From positions 160,001-224,000 of the forward strand of contig OZ241867.1 of NCBI GenBank assembly GCA_965203175.1: DNA of 64,000 bases. Reading direction: 5' to 3'. The notes under the pieces were generated by a model. It was not told the origin of the DNA. It made no database searches and was given only the letters and a program-made list of their open reading frames with translations. Numbering within the stretch: position 1 is the first letter of the stretch; each line of letters begins with the position of its first letter. Source of the DNA: Candidatus Latescibacterota bacterium (lineage in GTDB: Bacteria; Latescibacterota; UBA2968; UBA8231). Below are positions 8,243-18,152 of the stretch, piece by piece. The position numbers were made by a program, and so were the translations under genes.

Positions 8243-8500
8243 ATGTCCGAACGTCAAAGTGGATCCGTCAAATGGTTCGATAGTTCCAAGGGGTTTGGTT
8301 TTATTCAGCGCGAAGGACAAGACGACGTCTTCGTCCATTACAGCGCGATTCGCGGCGATGGTTTCCGCTCCCTAGAAGAAGGTCAGCAGGTGGAATTCGA
8401 AACGGTCGCAAGCCCCAAGGGCCTCCAAGCCCGAGATGTGGTCGTCATCGGCTCGGCCCCCCAACCCGAACCCACACCCGAACCCGAACCTCCGGAATAA
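8243..8500 (+). CDS. Cold-shock domain protein with Pro/Glu tail
   Basis: [15 protein letters not shown] (RNP1), DVFVHYSAI (RNP2). Confidence 0.95.
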   Translation: MSERQSGSVKWFDSSKGFGFIQREGQDDVFVHYSAIRGDGFRSLEEGQQVEFETVASPKGLQARDVVVIGSAPQPEPTPEPEPPE

Positions 8501-8514
8501 TCCTTCAGACAAAC

Positions 8515-8552
8515 AAAAAAAGCGCGGGGCCTTTGGGCTCCGCGCTTTTTTT
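8515..8552. terminator. Bidirectional intrinsic terminator
   Basis: A-run, AGCGCGGGGC...GCTCCGCGCT stem, T-run between convergent genes. Confidence 0.85.
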
Positions 8553-8566
8553 GTAGCCAATTCAGC

Positions 8567-8989
8567 CTAGTGAGTCTGGAAAAACTCCACGACTTCGCCG
8601 TTGGGTCCTTTGAAAAAGGCGACCGTCACGTTCAGCCTGTCCAGCGTCACATCCTTGGGTTCGACCGTGATTTCGCATCCGGCCGCTCGCACCCGCTCAG
8701 TGGCGGCGCGTGCGTCTGTAACCGCCAAGGCAAAGTGCGTCACCGGATCGTTGGGGCTGTCGGCTCCGAGTACGGGTGATTCGGTCGTGGGGGCGAAGAG
8801 TTCGAGGTGGCTCCCGTCGCCAGTGTCCAAAAGCGCGATTTTGCGCTCGGGCGAACCAAATTCGGCCACAACCTCCATGCCCAGCACATCTCGGTAAAAG
8901 CCCAGCGAAGTTTCCCAATCGCGCGTCTGCACGGCCACGTGGTGCATTCCACAACCGGCGATTATAGCGTTTTTGTCTCCTGCAGGCAT
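8567..8989 (-). CDS. VOC/glyoxalase family protein
   Basis: MHHVAV...FYRDVLG...HFALAV...FFKGPNGEVVEF; start could be 8995. Confidence 0.88.
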   Translation of the reverse strand: MPAGDKNAIIAGCGMHHVAVQTRDWETSLGFYRDVLGMEVVAEFGSPERKIALLDTGDGSHLELFAPTTESPVLGADSPNDPVTHFALAVTDARAATERVRAAGCEITVEPKDVTLDRLNVTVAFFKGPNGEVVEFFQTH

Positions 8990-9028
8990 CGACATTCTTC
9001 CTTTCATGGCACCCATCGGGGCCGACGG

Positions 9029-9391
9029 TTAAAGCAGATAGAAAAAGATATAGGCCGCCAGCCCAGTGCCGACCAAGGCACCGCCGTAGCAGAAGTAGTG
9101 AATGGGAAGGATAAACTTCCGCACCCCAAATTCGTGGAGCATGAAGCGGATGCGATGCGCCGCGTGGTAGAGAGGCAGAACAGCCACGACGAAAAAGACC
9201 ACTTTGACCAACGGATGGCTGAGCAACTTGCTCATGGCCTCGTATTGGCTCACTTCTGCGCCGATCAATCCCAGCGGCTCGGCCAGCCCGGCAAAGTAGA
9301 TTAGTACCGGGATCAGCATGGCGGCTACCACGCCGCCAGCGGAAAACAGGCCCCACCAGAAAGGTTCGGTTTTGTCTTGTTTGTAGCTCAT
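9029..9391 (-). CDS. frdD: Fumarate reductase membrane anchor D
   Basis: EPFWWGLFSAGG...LPLYHAAHRI...CYG; the longer 335-aa ORF-track call is a spurious extension. Confidence 0.88.
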   Translation of the reverse strand: MSYKQDKTEPFWWGLFSAGGVVAAMLIPVLIYFAGLAEPLGLIGAEVSQYEAMSKLLSHPLVKVVFFVVAVLPLYHAAHRIRFMLHEFGVRKFILPIHYFCYGGALVGTGLAAYIFFYLL

Positions 9392-9393
9392 GG

Positions 9394-9792
9394 CTATAGC
9401 GCGTACAGGAAAATGCAGCCAACGGCCGCCGACACGAGGAAAAATCCGACAAAGGCACCAGCCGTTACCAATTTGGGCGGCACGGTGAATGCGCCCATCC
9501 GCACGACCTGGACCCGGCCCATTACCCCCAGCCAAGTGATCGTGTGATAGAGCGCAAAGAAAAACGCAACCGCGTAAAAGACCACAAACGTCGGAGTCGT
9601 CAGTGCGGAGCGGCAAGCCGCATACGCTTCCGGCCCCTCGGCCAGCGCAAAGAGTTGGTAGAGGAAGAGGAAGACGAAGGCGGCGACGAAGACACTGCTC
9701 ATTTCTCGCATCATAAACAGGAAGTAGTTGCGGCTCTTCAGCCACCAAGTCGGCGACAGCTTTGGCTTGTAGGTTTCGTACGACTGGCTCAT
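9394..9792 (-). CDS. frdC: Fumarate reductase membrane anchor C
   Basis: Y..K....WW....Y..FMMRE...LYHTITW; three TM segments. Confidence 0.85.
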   Translation of the reverse strand: MSQSYETYKPKLSPTWWLKSRNYFLFMMREMSSVFVAAFVFLFLYQLFALAEGPEAYAACRSALTTPTFVVFYAVAFFFALYHTITWLGVMGRVQVVRMGAFTVPPKLVTAGAFVGFFLVSAAVGCIFLYAL

Positions 9793-10535
9793 TTGTTCCC
9801 CCAAGGCATGAGAAAGGATTTGAACCAGTTAGTCGTGGTTTCGAGCTTGGTGCGCTGGATGGCGGCGGCCGGGTCCACGTCCTTGGGACAAACCACCGAG
9901 CACTCCCCGATAAAGGTGCATTCCCAGATGCCCTCACTGCTAGCGGCGACGACCGTGCGCTGGGCATAGCCCTCGTCGCGCGAATCGAGGTTGTAGCGGT
10001 AGGACAGCGCGAGGGCCGCTGGGCCGACGAAGACATCTTCTAGCCCATATACGGGACAAGCCGCGTAGCACAGCAGGCAGTTGATGCACTGGCTGAACTG
10101 CTTGAACTCCTTTAGTTCCGCAGGCGATTGCAAGTACTCGCCTTCGGCGACCGGCTTTTCTTCCTCGCGAATGATCCACGGCTGGACCGCCTTGAGCTTG
10201 TCCATGAAATCGTCTATATCGACGACCAAATCGCGGACGATTGGGAAGTGGGCCAGAGGCTGGACCACCAGCTCGTTCGGGTAGTAGTCCTTGAGGAAGG
10301 CCGCGCAGGTCAACTTGGGCTCGCCGTTGACCATCATGCCGCAGGAGCCGCACACGCCCATGCGGCACGACCAGCGGTACGAGAGGGTGCCGTCGATGTG
10401 GTCTTTGATGTAGTTGAGCGCGTCGAGGACGACCCAATCCTCCTGATAGGGAACCTCGTAAACCTGCTCAGTGGGTGCGTCCTCCTGCTCGGGTCGAAAG
10501 CGGGTCACCCGGATGCCAATGGTCTTGTCGCTCAT
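9789..10535 (-). CDS. frdB: Fumarate reductase iron-sulfur subunit
   Basis: [36 protein letters not shown]. Confidence 0.95.
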   Translation of the reverse strand: MSDKTIGIRVTRFRPEQEDAPTEQVYEVPYQEDWVVLDALNYIKDHIDGTLSYRWSCRMGVCGSCGMMVNGEPKLTCAAFLKDYYPNELVVQPLAHFPIVRDLVVDIDDFMDKLKAVQPWIIREEEKPVAEGEYLQSPAELKEFKQFSQCINCLLCYAACPVYGLEDVFVGPAALALSYRYNLDSRDEGYAQRTVVAASSEGIWECTFIGECSVVCPKDVDPAAAIQRTKLETTTNWFKSFLMPWGNK

Positions 10536-10547
10536 AGCTCCTCTCAA

Positions 10548-12260
10548 TCAGTAGGTGCGCTCTTGGGGCTGCCAGCGGGTGATGACGACGTCTTGGTATT
10601 CAATGCGCGGCTCGCCATCGGTGCGATACGCCAAAGAGTGGCAGAGGAAGTTTTCGTCGTCGCGTTCCTCGTAGTCCATGCGCGAATGCGAGCCACGCGA
10701 CTCCCGGCGCAACAGTGCCGAATGGGCCACCGTCTCGGCCACGTCGAGCAGCGAGCCCAGTTCCAACGCGGCAGTCAATTCGGTATTAAAAACCGATGAG
10801 CTGTCGTCAATCTGGACGCGAGTGTAGCGTTCCTTGAGCTTGGGCAACTCGGCACAGGTCGCCTCTAGGCTCTCCTGTTCGCGATAGATTCCCGCCCCTT
10901 GCTCCATCGTCTTCTGCAGATCCGTGCGAATGTCGGCAATGCGCTCGCTGCCTTCGTTTTTGAAAAACGCATTTTCAATCCGCTGCCACTCGTCGGCAGC
11001 CATCTTTTTCAAGCTATCGTACGACGGTGGATTGACCTCGGCGGCGTACTCAGCGGCATACTGGCCGGCCCGCGCGCCAAAGACCAAAAGCTCGGACAGC
11101 GAGTTGGAGCCGAGGCGATTGGCTCCGTTGATGGTGACACAGGCCGTTTCCCCGGCCGCGTACAAGCCCGGAATCGGCGTCGCCGTAGTAATGTCAGTGT
11201 GAATGCCGCCCATCATGTAGTGGACCACCGGGCGCACGGGCACTGGCTCGTACACGGGATCAATGCCCACGTAGTTTTTAGTCAGTTCGCGCACGAAGGG
11301 GATGCGCTCGTCTATTTTCTTTTCGCCCAAATGCCGCAGATCGAGATGAACGTACGTGCCGTACGGGCCGGAAAAGACCCGACCGGCTCGCTCCTCGTGG
11401 ACGAACGCCCGCGAAACCATGTCGCGCGGACCTAACTCCATCTTGTCGGGCAAGTACTCGCTGAGGTAGCGGTCGCCCTTGTTGTTGATCAGGTAGCCGC
11501 CCTCACCGCGCGATGCCTCGGTCATCAGGATGCCCGTGCCCGGCAGCCCGGTGGGATGGTACTGCACAAATTCCATATCCTTAAGTGGGCAACCCGCTTG
11601 GTAGGCCATGGACATGCCGTCGCCGGTCTTGATGGCGGCATTGGTCGTAAAGGGAAAAATGCGCCCACCGCCGCCCGTACAGATGATCACGGCCTTGGCG
11701 GGAATTGCCTCCATGGCACCGGAGCGCACGTTGATCGCTGCCACGCCGCAGGCCGCGCCGTTGTCGCCGAGCAGCAGCCGAGTGCCAAACCACTCGTCGT
11801 AGCGATGGATGCGGTCGTATTTGAGCGAGGTCTGAAAAAGGGCGTGCAGCATGTGGAAACCGGTCTTGTCGGCCGCGTACAGGGTGCGCTTGACCGACAT
11901 GCCGCCGAAGGCGCGCACGCTGATCCGGCCGTCGTCGTCGCGGCTCCAAGGGCAGCCCCAATGCTCCAATTGAATCAGTTCGTCGCGGGCCTCCTTGACG
12001 AAGATCTCGACCACGTCTTGGTCGGCGAGAAAGTCGCTGCCCTTGATGGTATCGAAGGCATGGGAGTCAAAGCTGTCGTCTTCGTCGCGTATCACCGCCG
12101 CGGAGCCACCCTCGGCTGACACCGTGTGGCTGCGCATGGGGTACACTTTGGACACCAAGCCGACGCTGAGGTTCGGATCGAGTTCAACGGCGGCAATCGC
12201 CGCCCGCAGACCCGCACCCCCGCCGCCTACGATCAATATGTCGTGGTTAGGTACATTCAC
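10548..12260 (-). CDS. frdA: Fumarate reductase/succinate dehydrogenase flavoprotein
   Basis: [20 protein letters not shown] (FAD-linked His), [22 protein letters not shown]. Confidence 0.95.
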   Translation of the reverse strand: MNVPNHDILIVGGGGAGLRAAIAAVELDPNLSVGLVSKVYPMRSHTVSAEGGSAAVIRDEDDSFDSHAFDTIKGSDFLADQDVVEIFVKEARDELIQLEHWGCPWSRDDDGRISVRAFGGMSVKRTLYAADKTGFHMLHALFQTSLKYDRIHRYDEWFGTRLLLGDNGAACGVAAINVRSGAMEAIPAKAVIICTGGGGRIFPFTTNAAIKTGDGMSMAYQAGCPLKDMEFVQYHPTGLPGTGILMTEASRGEGGYLINNKGDRYLSEYLPDKMELGPRDMVSRAFVHEERAGRVFSGPYGTYVHLDLRHLGEKKIDERIPFVRELTKNYVGIDPVYEPVPVRPVVHYMMGGIHTDITTATPIPGLYAAGETACVTINGANRLGSNSLSELLVFGARAGQYAAEYAAEVNPPSYDSLKKMAADEWQRIENAFFKNEGSERIADIRTDLQKTMEQGAGIYREQESLEATCAELPKLKERYTRVQIDDSSSVFNTELTAALELGSLLDVAETVAHSALLRRESRGSHSRMDYEERDDENFLCHSLAYRTDGEPRIEYQDVVITRWQPQERTY

Positions 12261-12351
12261 GGGAAAAGCTGCTTAGGTAAATGGTGTGTTGCGAAGGTCA
12301 AAAAAATTAAATCATATCGCCGATGGGAGCAACAGCCCAGGCGCGGCGAGA

Positions 12352-13299
12352 TTACGCCGGGGCCTGTAGTGCCCGCAGCCGGGCCACTTCTCGCGGTGTG
12401 GCGCGCCAAGCCGGGCCGGATTCGTGGCGCAGGGCATAGCCCAGCGGCGTGAGTTCTTCGACTTCGGCGAAGAAGTGGTCCTCCCCCTTGTGAACGCAGT
12501 CCATCACCTTGTCGTCAGCCTCCGGATTGCGCTGAATGCGCGCTCTAACCGTCAAGTCCGCTCCTTGGTCCAACAGGTACTCGAAGGTCTCCCAGCCCGT
12601 TCCCTGGTTGGCACCAATGGCGTGGAAGAGGGGCGTCTGACCGCCCACGCCGTTGCGGCCGGTCTCGGCGCAGGCATCCAAATCGGCACCGCGCCTCAGC
12701 AGCAGGTTCACGGCATCCAGCTCGTGATATTCGACCGCCACATGCAGGAGGGTGACACCCCGCAGCGTGAGATGGTCGCCATAGTCGAGCGAGAAGCGCG
12801 CCTTGACCAAATCGGGACAGCGGTCAAGGCGCTGCTCCAGTTGGTCGAGGCGGCCTCGGTGGATATCCATCGTCGGCCCATCCTCAAAGGTAGCTCCTGC
12901 TTCGACGAGCGCTTCGACGCAGGCGTGCAGGTGGACGGGGGACGAGCGGTGGTACGTCTGCAAAAGCCCGTAGAGGACGCGGCAGTCCCAGCCTTCGTTG
13001 TACGCGTCGTCGGGGTGGACGCCCAGCTTTAGCAGACGCTGCATGTGCTCTAGATTGTGATTCTCGCAGCACCCAAAAAGCGCTTCGTTCAATTCGCTCA
13101 GATTGGCACCGAATTCGACCAACAGGCGCATGGCATCCAAGCTAGCGTCGATGCGGTCGACGTACTGCAAGGGGGTATAACTCTGCCCGTTAGCGCCTTC
13201 AACACGGTGGTTCACCAAATGTGAGTGCTGGCGCAGCAGGGTCGCCAAAGCGTCTAAATCGCTCTCGTCGAGGGCGTTTTGCAAATCCATGCTATTCAT
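12352..13299 (-). CDS. Ankyrin-repeat protein
   Basis: TLLHVAVEY...LLLRRGAD, QTPLFHAI...LLDQGAD, TPLGYA; start uncertain (13299 or 13290). Confidence 0.8.
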   Translation of the reverse strand: MNSMDLQNALDESDLDALATLLRQHSHLVNHRVEGANGQSYTPLQYVDRIDASLDAMRLLVEFGANLSELNEALFGCCENHNLEHMQRLLKLGVHPDDAYNEGWDCRVLYGLLQTYHRSSPVHLHACVEALVEAGATFEDGPTMDIHRGRLDQLEQRLDRCPDLVKARFSLDYGDHLTLRGVTLLHVAVEYHELDAVNLLLRRGADLDACAETGRNGVGGQTPLFHAIGANQGTGWETFEYLLDQGADLTVRARIQRNPEADDKVMDCVHKGEDHFFAEVEELTPLGYALRHESGPAWRATPREVARLRALQAPA

Positions 13300-13660
13300 A
13301 TCCGTATTTTTTAACTGCGTCTTCGTCAAAGCCCATAAAGTGCGCTAGCTCGTGTACCAAGGTGATCTCCACCTCTCGCGCCAACTCGCCCTGATCGGGG
13401 AAGTCCTCCTCCAAAGGTCCCTGATAGAGCGCGATTACCGGCGGCAGATCGCCGCTGTCTTCGAGGCGGCGCTCGGGCAGGGGCGTGCCCGTGAAAAGCC
13501 CGTAGAGCACTTCCTCTGGATCGCCGGTGACCTCCTCGACCAGCTCGGGGTCGGGCCAGTCCTCGACGACGATGGCTAGGTTGTCCAACGCTTGGCGGAA
13601 CTCCTCCGGCAGGCGCAGAAGGGCCTTTTCCACCAACTCTTCAAACGCACGGCGGCGCAC
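13292..13660 (-). CDS. Zincin-like metallopeptidase family protein
   Basis: IVVED.P...LYGLF.G.P...TLVHELAHFMG. Confidence 0.88.
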   Translation of the reverse strand: MRRRAFEELVEKALLRLPEEFRQALDNLAIVVEDWPDPELVEEVTGDPEEVLYGLFTGTPLPERRLEDSGDLPPVIALYQGPLEEDFPDQGELAREVEITLVHELAHFMGFDEDAVKKYGYE

Positions 13661-13667
13661 GGCAATG

Positions 13668-14807
13668 CTACCAATCCGCGACGCTGCCGTCGTTTTCGTA
13701 GTAGAGTTCTCCGCCCAGTTCCTCTGAGTACTCGATCGTCTTTTCCACCTCGGACTCGATCAAATCAAACCCCAACCCCGGCTTGGTCGGCAGTTCGACG
13801 TGGCCATCAATCACCTGCCACGGATCAACGAGCAGCCCCTCGCCCAACCCCACGTCAATCTGTTCCTGCACGAGGAAATTGGGCACCACCGCATCGACCT
13901 GCATACAGGCGGAAAAGGCCACCGGGCCGATGGCGCAGTGCGGCATGATGTGGATGTAATAGACCTCGGCCATATTGGCGATCTTTTTCAGTTCGGTAAT
14001 CCCACCCGCGTGCGAGCCGTCGGGTTGGATGTAGGAGACGGCCTGCTTTTCAAAAATCTCCCGGAACTCCCAGCGCGAGAGTAAGCGCTCGCCCGTGGCA
14101 ATGGGGAAGGACGCGTGATCGGAGACCTCCTTCAGCGCATCGACATTCTCCTGCGGAATCGGCTCTTCGACGAACATCGGCCTCATCCCCGCGAGCTGGC
14201 CACACACCTCAATCGCCAACCCCGGCGTCATCTTGCCGTGGAAGTCAAAGCATAGCTCTACCTCGTCGCCGACCCATTCGCGCATGGTGTAGGCGTCTTT
14301 GACAAAGGCGTCGATTCGCGCCGGGGGCTCGTGGGCGCGCCACGCGCCCCCCGGCCCAGTCTTAAAGGCCGTGTAGCCTTTGGCCAACAGCATGTCAAGC
14401 CGATTTCGCGCCGCTGTCAGCGCCTCGTCGGTCTGGCCGTGGATGCCCCAGTGCGCGTACACGCGAATCCGGTCGCGCACCGCACCGCCCAAGAGCATAT
14501 AGGTGGGGATATTGTAGTGCTTACCGGCGATGTCCCACAGCGCCTGATCAATGCCCGACAGCGCGCTCATCAGCACATTGCCGCCGCGAAAAAAGGCCGA
14601 GCGATAGACGTGCTGCCAGTGGTGCTCAATGCGGAGCGGATCCTTGCCGACGAAGTACTCGGCCAACTCTTCCACCGCCGCCCAAGTGCTCTTGGGCTTG
14701 CCCTCCAGCGTGGTCTCACCCCAGCCGACGATACCATTGTCCGTAGTAACTTTGACCAAGCGCATGCGCTGGCGTGGGAAAAACTGTTCGATCTTGGCAA
14801 TCTTCAC
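13668..14807 (-). CDS. dgoD: Galactonate dehydratase-like (mandelate racemase/enolase superfamily)
   Basis: GWGE..LEG, SGIDQALWDIAGK, DFHG, FVEEP, ATGER, QPD.SHAGGITE. Confidence 0.85.
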   Translation of the reverse strand: MKIAKIEQFFPRQRMRLVKVTTDNGIVGWGETTLEGKPKSTWAAVEELAEYFVGKDPLRIEHHWQHVYRSAFFRGGNVLMSALSGIDQALWDIAGKHYNIPTYMLLGGAVRDRIRVYAHWGIHGQTDEALTAARNRLDMLLAKGYTAFKTGPGGAWRAHEPPARIDAFVKDAYTMREWVGDEVELCFDFHGKMTPGLAIEVCGQLAGMRPMFVEEPIPQENVDALKEVSDHASFPIATGERLLSRWEFREIFEKQAVSYIQPDGSHAGGITELKKIANMAEVYYIHIMPHCAIGPVAFSACMQVDAVVPNFLVQEQIDVGLGEGLLVDPWQVIDGHVELPTKPGLGFDLIESEVEKTIEYSEELGGELYYENDGSVADW

Positions 14808-14822
14808 CGTCTAGTCCTTTCG

Positions 14823-16544
14823 TTAATGAGCCTCTCGCGTTACAACGGCACTGGACTTGCCGACCAAGAAGTCGAAATCAACTCCTTTGTCGGCCTGCAT
14901 CACGTGGTCGATATAGAGACTGACGTAGCCCCGGGTATCGTGGGGCACAGGAGGCTGCCAAGCGGTACGGCGGCGCGCCAGTTCCTCGTCCGACACATCT
15001 AGGTGCAGTCGCCGACCCGCCACGTCAAGCTCGATCACATCGCCGTCGCGCACCAGCGCCAGCGAGCCGCCAATGGCCGCTTCGGGGGCCACGTGCAGGA
15101 TCACGGTGCCATAGGCCGTGCCGCTCATGCGGCCATCGGAAATGCGCACCATGTCCCGGACGCCCTTTTCCAGCAGCTTTTTCGGCAATCCCATATTGCC
15201 GACCTCGGCCATGCCTGGATAGCCAACCGGCCCGACGTTTTGCAGCACCAATACGCTCGACTCATCCACGTCCAAATCGGGGCTGTCGATCCGTTTGTGA
15301 TAGTCCTCAATCGTCTCGAAGACCACCGCTCGGCCGCGGTGCTGCATCAACTCGGGCGAGGCAGCCGACGGCTTGATGATCGCCCCGTCCTCGCAGAGAT
15401 TGCCCCGGAGCACGGCCAAGCCCGCGGCCTCGATCAGCGGCGCGTCCAGCGGCACAATCACGTCGCGATTGTAGCAGACCGCCCCTGCGACATTCTCGCC
15501 AAGCGACTTGCCCGTCGCCGTCAAAGCGTCTAGATCCAGGAAATCCTTCAATTCTTGGATCACCACCGGCAAGCCACCGGCGTAATAAAAATCCTCCATC
15601 AGATACTTGCCCGCGGGCATCAAATTGACCAATAGCGGCAACTCGCTGCCGAGGCGGTCGAAATCGTCCACAGACAATTCGACGCCGACGCGCCCGGCGA
15701 GGGCCAGCAAGTGGACGACGCAGTTGGTCGAACCGCCGATGGCCGCGTTGACCTTGATGGCGTTCTCAAAGGCCGTGCGTCCGAGGATGTTGGACATCTT
15801 GAGGTCTTCGCGCACCATTTCGACGATGCGCGACCCCGCCAGATGCGCCAGCACCTTGCGCCGCGAGTCCGGGGCTGGGATCGCCGCGCCGCCGGGCAGA
15901 GTCATGCCGAGCACCTCGACCATACAGGCCATCGTCGATGCAGTGCCCATTGTCATGCAGTGCCCATCCGAGCGCGTCATACCGTCTTCGGCCAACCCAA
16001 ACTCCTCGCGCGTCATCTTCCCGGCGCGAAAATCCTCGCTAAATTTCCACACGTCCGTTCCCGAACCAATATCGCCGCCGCGGTACTTGCCGTTGAGCAT
16101 GGGACCACCGGGCACGACAATCGTCGGCAGATCGACGCTGGCCGCCCCCATCAAGCACGCTGGCGTGGTCTTGTCGCACCCGGTCAGAAGCACCACGCCG
16201 TCAACCGGGTTGGCGCGAATGCACTCCTCCACGTCCATGCTCGCCAAGTTGCGGAAGAGCATAGTCGTCGGACGCATGATGGGCTCGCCCAGCGAGGTGA
16301 CTGGGAATTCTACGGGCAACCCTCCGGCTTCGTACACGCCGCGCTTGACGGCTTCGGCTAAGTCGCGAAAGTGAATATTGCACGGCGTCAGCTCGGACCA
16401 CGTGTTGCAGATGCCGATGACCGGACGACCGTCGAATTCGTGCTCGGGCAGGCCGCGCTTCATCCAACTGCGGTGAATGAAACCGCCTTTGTCCTCGCGT
16501 CCAAACCAGTCGGCACTCCTCAGTTTTCCTTGCTCTACTGCCAT
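14823..16544 (-). CDS. IlvD/Edd-family sugar-acid dehydratase (L-arabinonate dehydratase-like)
   Basis: NTWSELTPCN, RPTTMLFRNL, GCDKTTP, HCMTMGTASTM, SDGRMSGT. Confidence 0.9.
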   Translation of the reverse strand: MAVEQGKLRSADWFGREDKGGFIHRSWMKRGLPEHEFDGRPVIGICNTWSELTPCNIHFRDLAEAVKRGVYEAGGLPVEFPVTSLGEPIMRPTTMLFRNLASMDVEECIRANPVDGVVLLTGCDKTTPACLMGAASVDLPTIVVPGGPMLNGKYRGGDIGSGTDVWKFSEDFRAGKMTREEFGLAEDGMTRSDGHCMTMGTASTMACMVEVLGMTLPGGAAIPAPDSRRKVLAHLAGSRIVEMVREDLKMSNILGRTAFENAIKVNAAIGGSTNCVVHLLALAGRVGVELSVDDFDRLGSELPLLVNLMPAGKYLMEDFYYAGGLPVVIQELKDFLDLDALTATGKSLGENVAGAVCYNRDVIVPLDAPLIEAAGLAVLRGNLCEDGAIIKPSAASPELMQHRGRAVVFETIEDYHKRIDSPDLDVDESSVLVLQNVGPVGYPGMAEVGNMGLPKKLLEKGVRDMVRISDGRMSGTAYGTVILHVAPEAAIGGSLALVRDGDVIELDVAGRRLHLDVSDEELARRRTAWQPPVPHDTRGYVSLYIDHVMQADKGVDFDFLVGKSSAVVTREAH

Positions 16545-16708
16545 TGATTCTCCTCTGCTTTTATTTTTTGCCTCAGCGGCGCGGCAATCAATCTAGGCGA
16601 TCTCTTGGCTCTCGCAATATATTTAGTTAGTAAGCCGCTAGTTAATAACCTCTTGCGATTATTGGGTAACATGGTACGTTCGGTTAAAACCCACCTCTGA
16701 AAGACGAT

Positions 16709-17563
16709 ATGGAGCTCAAACGCATTGCCGTCATTGGGGCCGGCACTATGGGGCGCGGCATTGCCCAAATTTTGGCCCAAGCCAGCAGGGAAGTCTTGCT
16801 CTACGACGCGGATCCCTGCTCCCGCGAACAGGGGTTGGCCAGCATCGCCACACGCCTGCGCCAACAAGCTGCCAAAGGTCGGCTAGAGTCAGCCACCAGC
16901 GAAGCAGCCATCGCCGCGCTGCGGGGTATCGACCAACTCGCCGCCGTCAGCACCGCCGACATGGTCGTCGAAGCCGTGCCCGAGCGCCTAGACCTCAAGC
17001 TCGCTGTCTTTGCCCAACTCGGACAATTTGCCAAGCCAGAGGCCATCCTCGCCAGCAACACTTCCGGCCTAGACATCGACTCTCTCGCCGCTGAGTCCGG
17101 TCGGCCAGACAAGGTAATTGGCATGCACTTCTTCAACCCGCCCCCAACCATGCCCCTAGTTGAGGTAGTGCGTGCAACTGCGACCTCAGACGAGACCTTT
17201 GCCGCAGTCATGGCCTTGGCTCAAGACCTAGGCAAGACTCCCGTCGCAGTCGCCAACAGTCCCGGTTTTGCGGTCAACCGCATCCTCTTTCCCATGATCA
17301 ATGAGGCCATCTACGCCCTCGCCGAAGGCGTGGCCAGCGCCGAAGACATCGACCGGGTGATGGTGCTGGGAGCGAGCCATCCTATAGGGCCGCTGGCTTT
17401 GGCCGACTACGTCGGACTCGACGTGACCTTAGATATCCTCGAATCGTTTGCCCAGCGCATAGACAACTCCAAATATCGCCCCTGTCCCCTGCTACGCGAG
17501 ATGGTCGCGCAGGGTGCGTTGGGCCGCAAGACGGGTCGGGGGTTTTTCTCCTACCCGCGATAA
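16709..17563 (+). CDS. 3-hydroxyacyl(butyryl)-CoA dehydrogenase
   Basis: GAGTMGRGIA, EAVPE, LASNTS, GMHFFNP, PGFAVNRI, GRKTGRGF. Confidence 0.93.
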   Translation: MELKRIAVIGAGTMGRGIAQILAQASREVLLYDADPCSREQGLASIATRLRQQAAKGRLESATSEAAIAALRGIDQLAAVSTADMVVEAVPERLDLKLAVFAQLGQFAKPEAILASNTSGLDIDSLAAESGRPDKVIGMHFFNPPPTMPLVEVVRATATSDETFAAVMALAQDLGKTPVAVANSPGFAVNRILFPMINEAIYALAEGVASAEDIDRVMVLGASHPIGPLALADYVGLDVTLDILESFAQRIDNSKYRPCPLLREMVAQGALGRKTGRGFFSYPR

Positions 17564-17573
17564 CGGGGCACCA

Positions 17574-18071
17574 ATGTTACACCTCCTTATCCTCTTGTGC
17601 CTGCTGGCCACCTGTAGCTGCTCAATCCGCTCGGCCCCGCGCTATACGGCCGACTCCAGCGTGGCGCGCGAACTTGAAAAGCGCCGCCGCGCCAGCCCCA
17701 GCCGCCTCGCGCGCGTCGTCGAAGGGTATCTCGGCGTCCCCTACAAGTGGGGCGGTAACACCCGCGCTGGCATGGACTGCTCGGCCTTTGTGCGCACTAT
17801 TTTTCGCCAGACTTATGGCATCGAATTGCCTCTCACCTCCAAGCAGATATACCGCGTCGGCCGCACCGTCAACCAACGGCAGGACCTCAAACCAGGAGAT
17901 CTGGTTTTTTTTAGGAATACCTTTTCAGGGCAGGGCGTTTCCCACGTTGGAATTTACCTCGGCAAGAAGCGCTTTGCCCATGTGGGCGTGAGCACCGGCG
18001 CGACCATTACCTCGCTCGACCACCCGTATTTCCGCACCCGCTATGTCGGCGCTCGGCGCGTCGAGCGCTAA
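17574..18071 (+). CDS. NlpC/P60 (C40) peptidase, probable lipoprotein
   Basis: PYKWGG...GMDCSAF...PGDLVFF...HVGIY; hydrophobic leader ending in Cys. Confidence 0.92.
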   Translation: MLHLLILLCLLATCSCSIRSAPRYTADSSVARELEKRRRASPSRLARVVEGYLGVPYKWGGNTRAGMDCSAFVRTIFRQTYGIELPLTSKQIYRVGRTVNQRQDLKPGDLVFFRNTFSGQGVSHVGIYLGKKRFAHVGVSTGATITSLDHPYFRTRYVGARRVER

Positions 18072-18152
18072 GCAGCTATCTGAGATCGTGCAGATGAACG
18101 CAGATGAGATAGAGGCGAGAGAAGGTTGCTTGGGCGCACTCGGAATGTTCAG

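Noticed and set aside
9392-10036. Long N-terminal extension of the frdD ORF (similar extensions for tsaE, 2-PGK, glyA, xylB, glk, epimerase)
   Set aside because: Extensions overlap neighbouring real genes; downstream starts fit family lengths and SD positions
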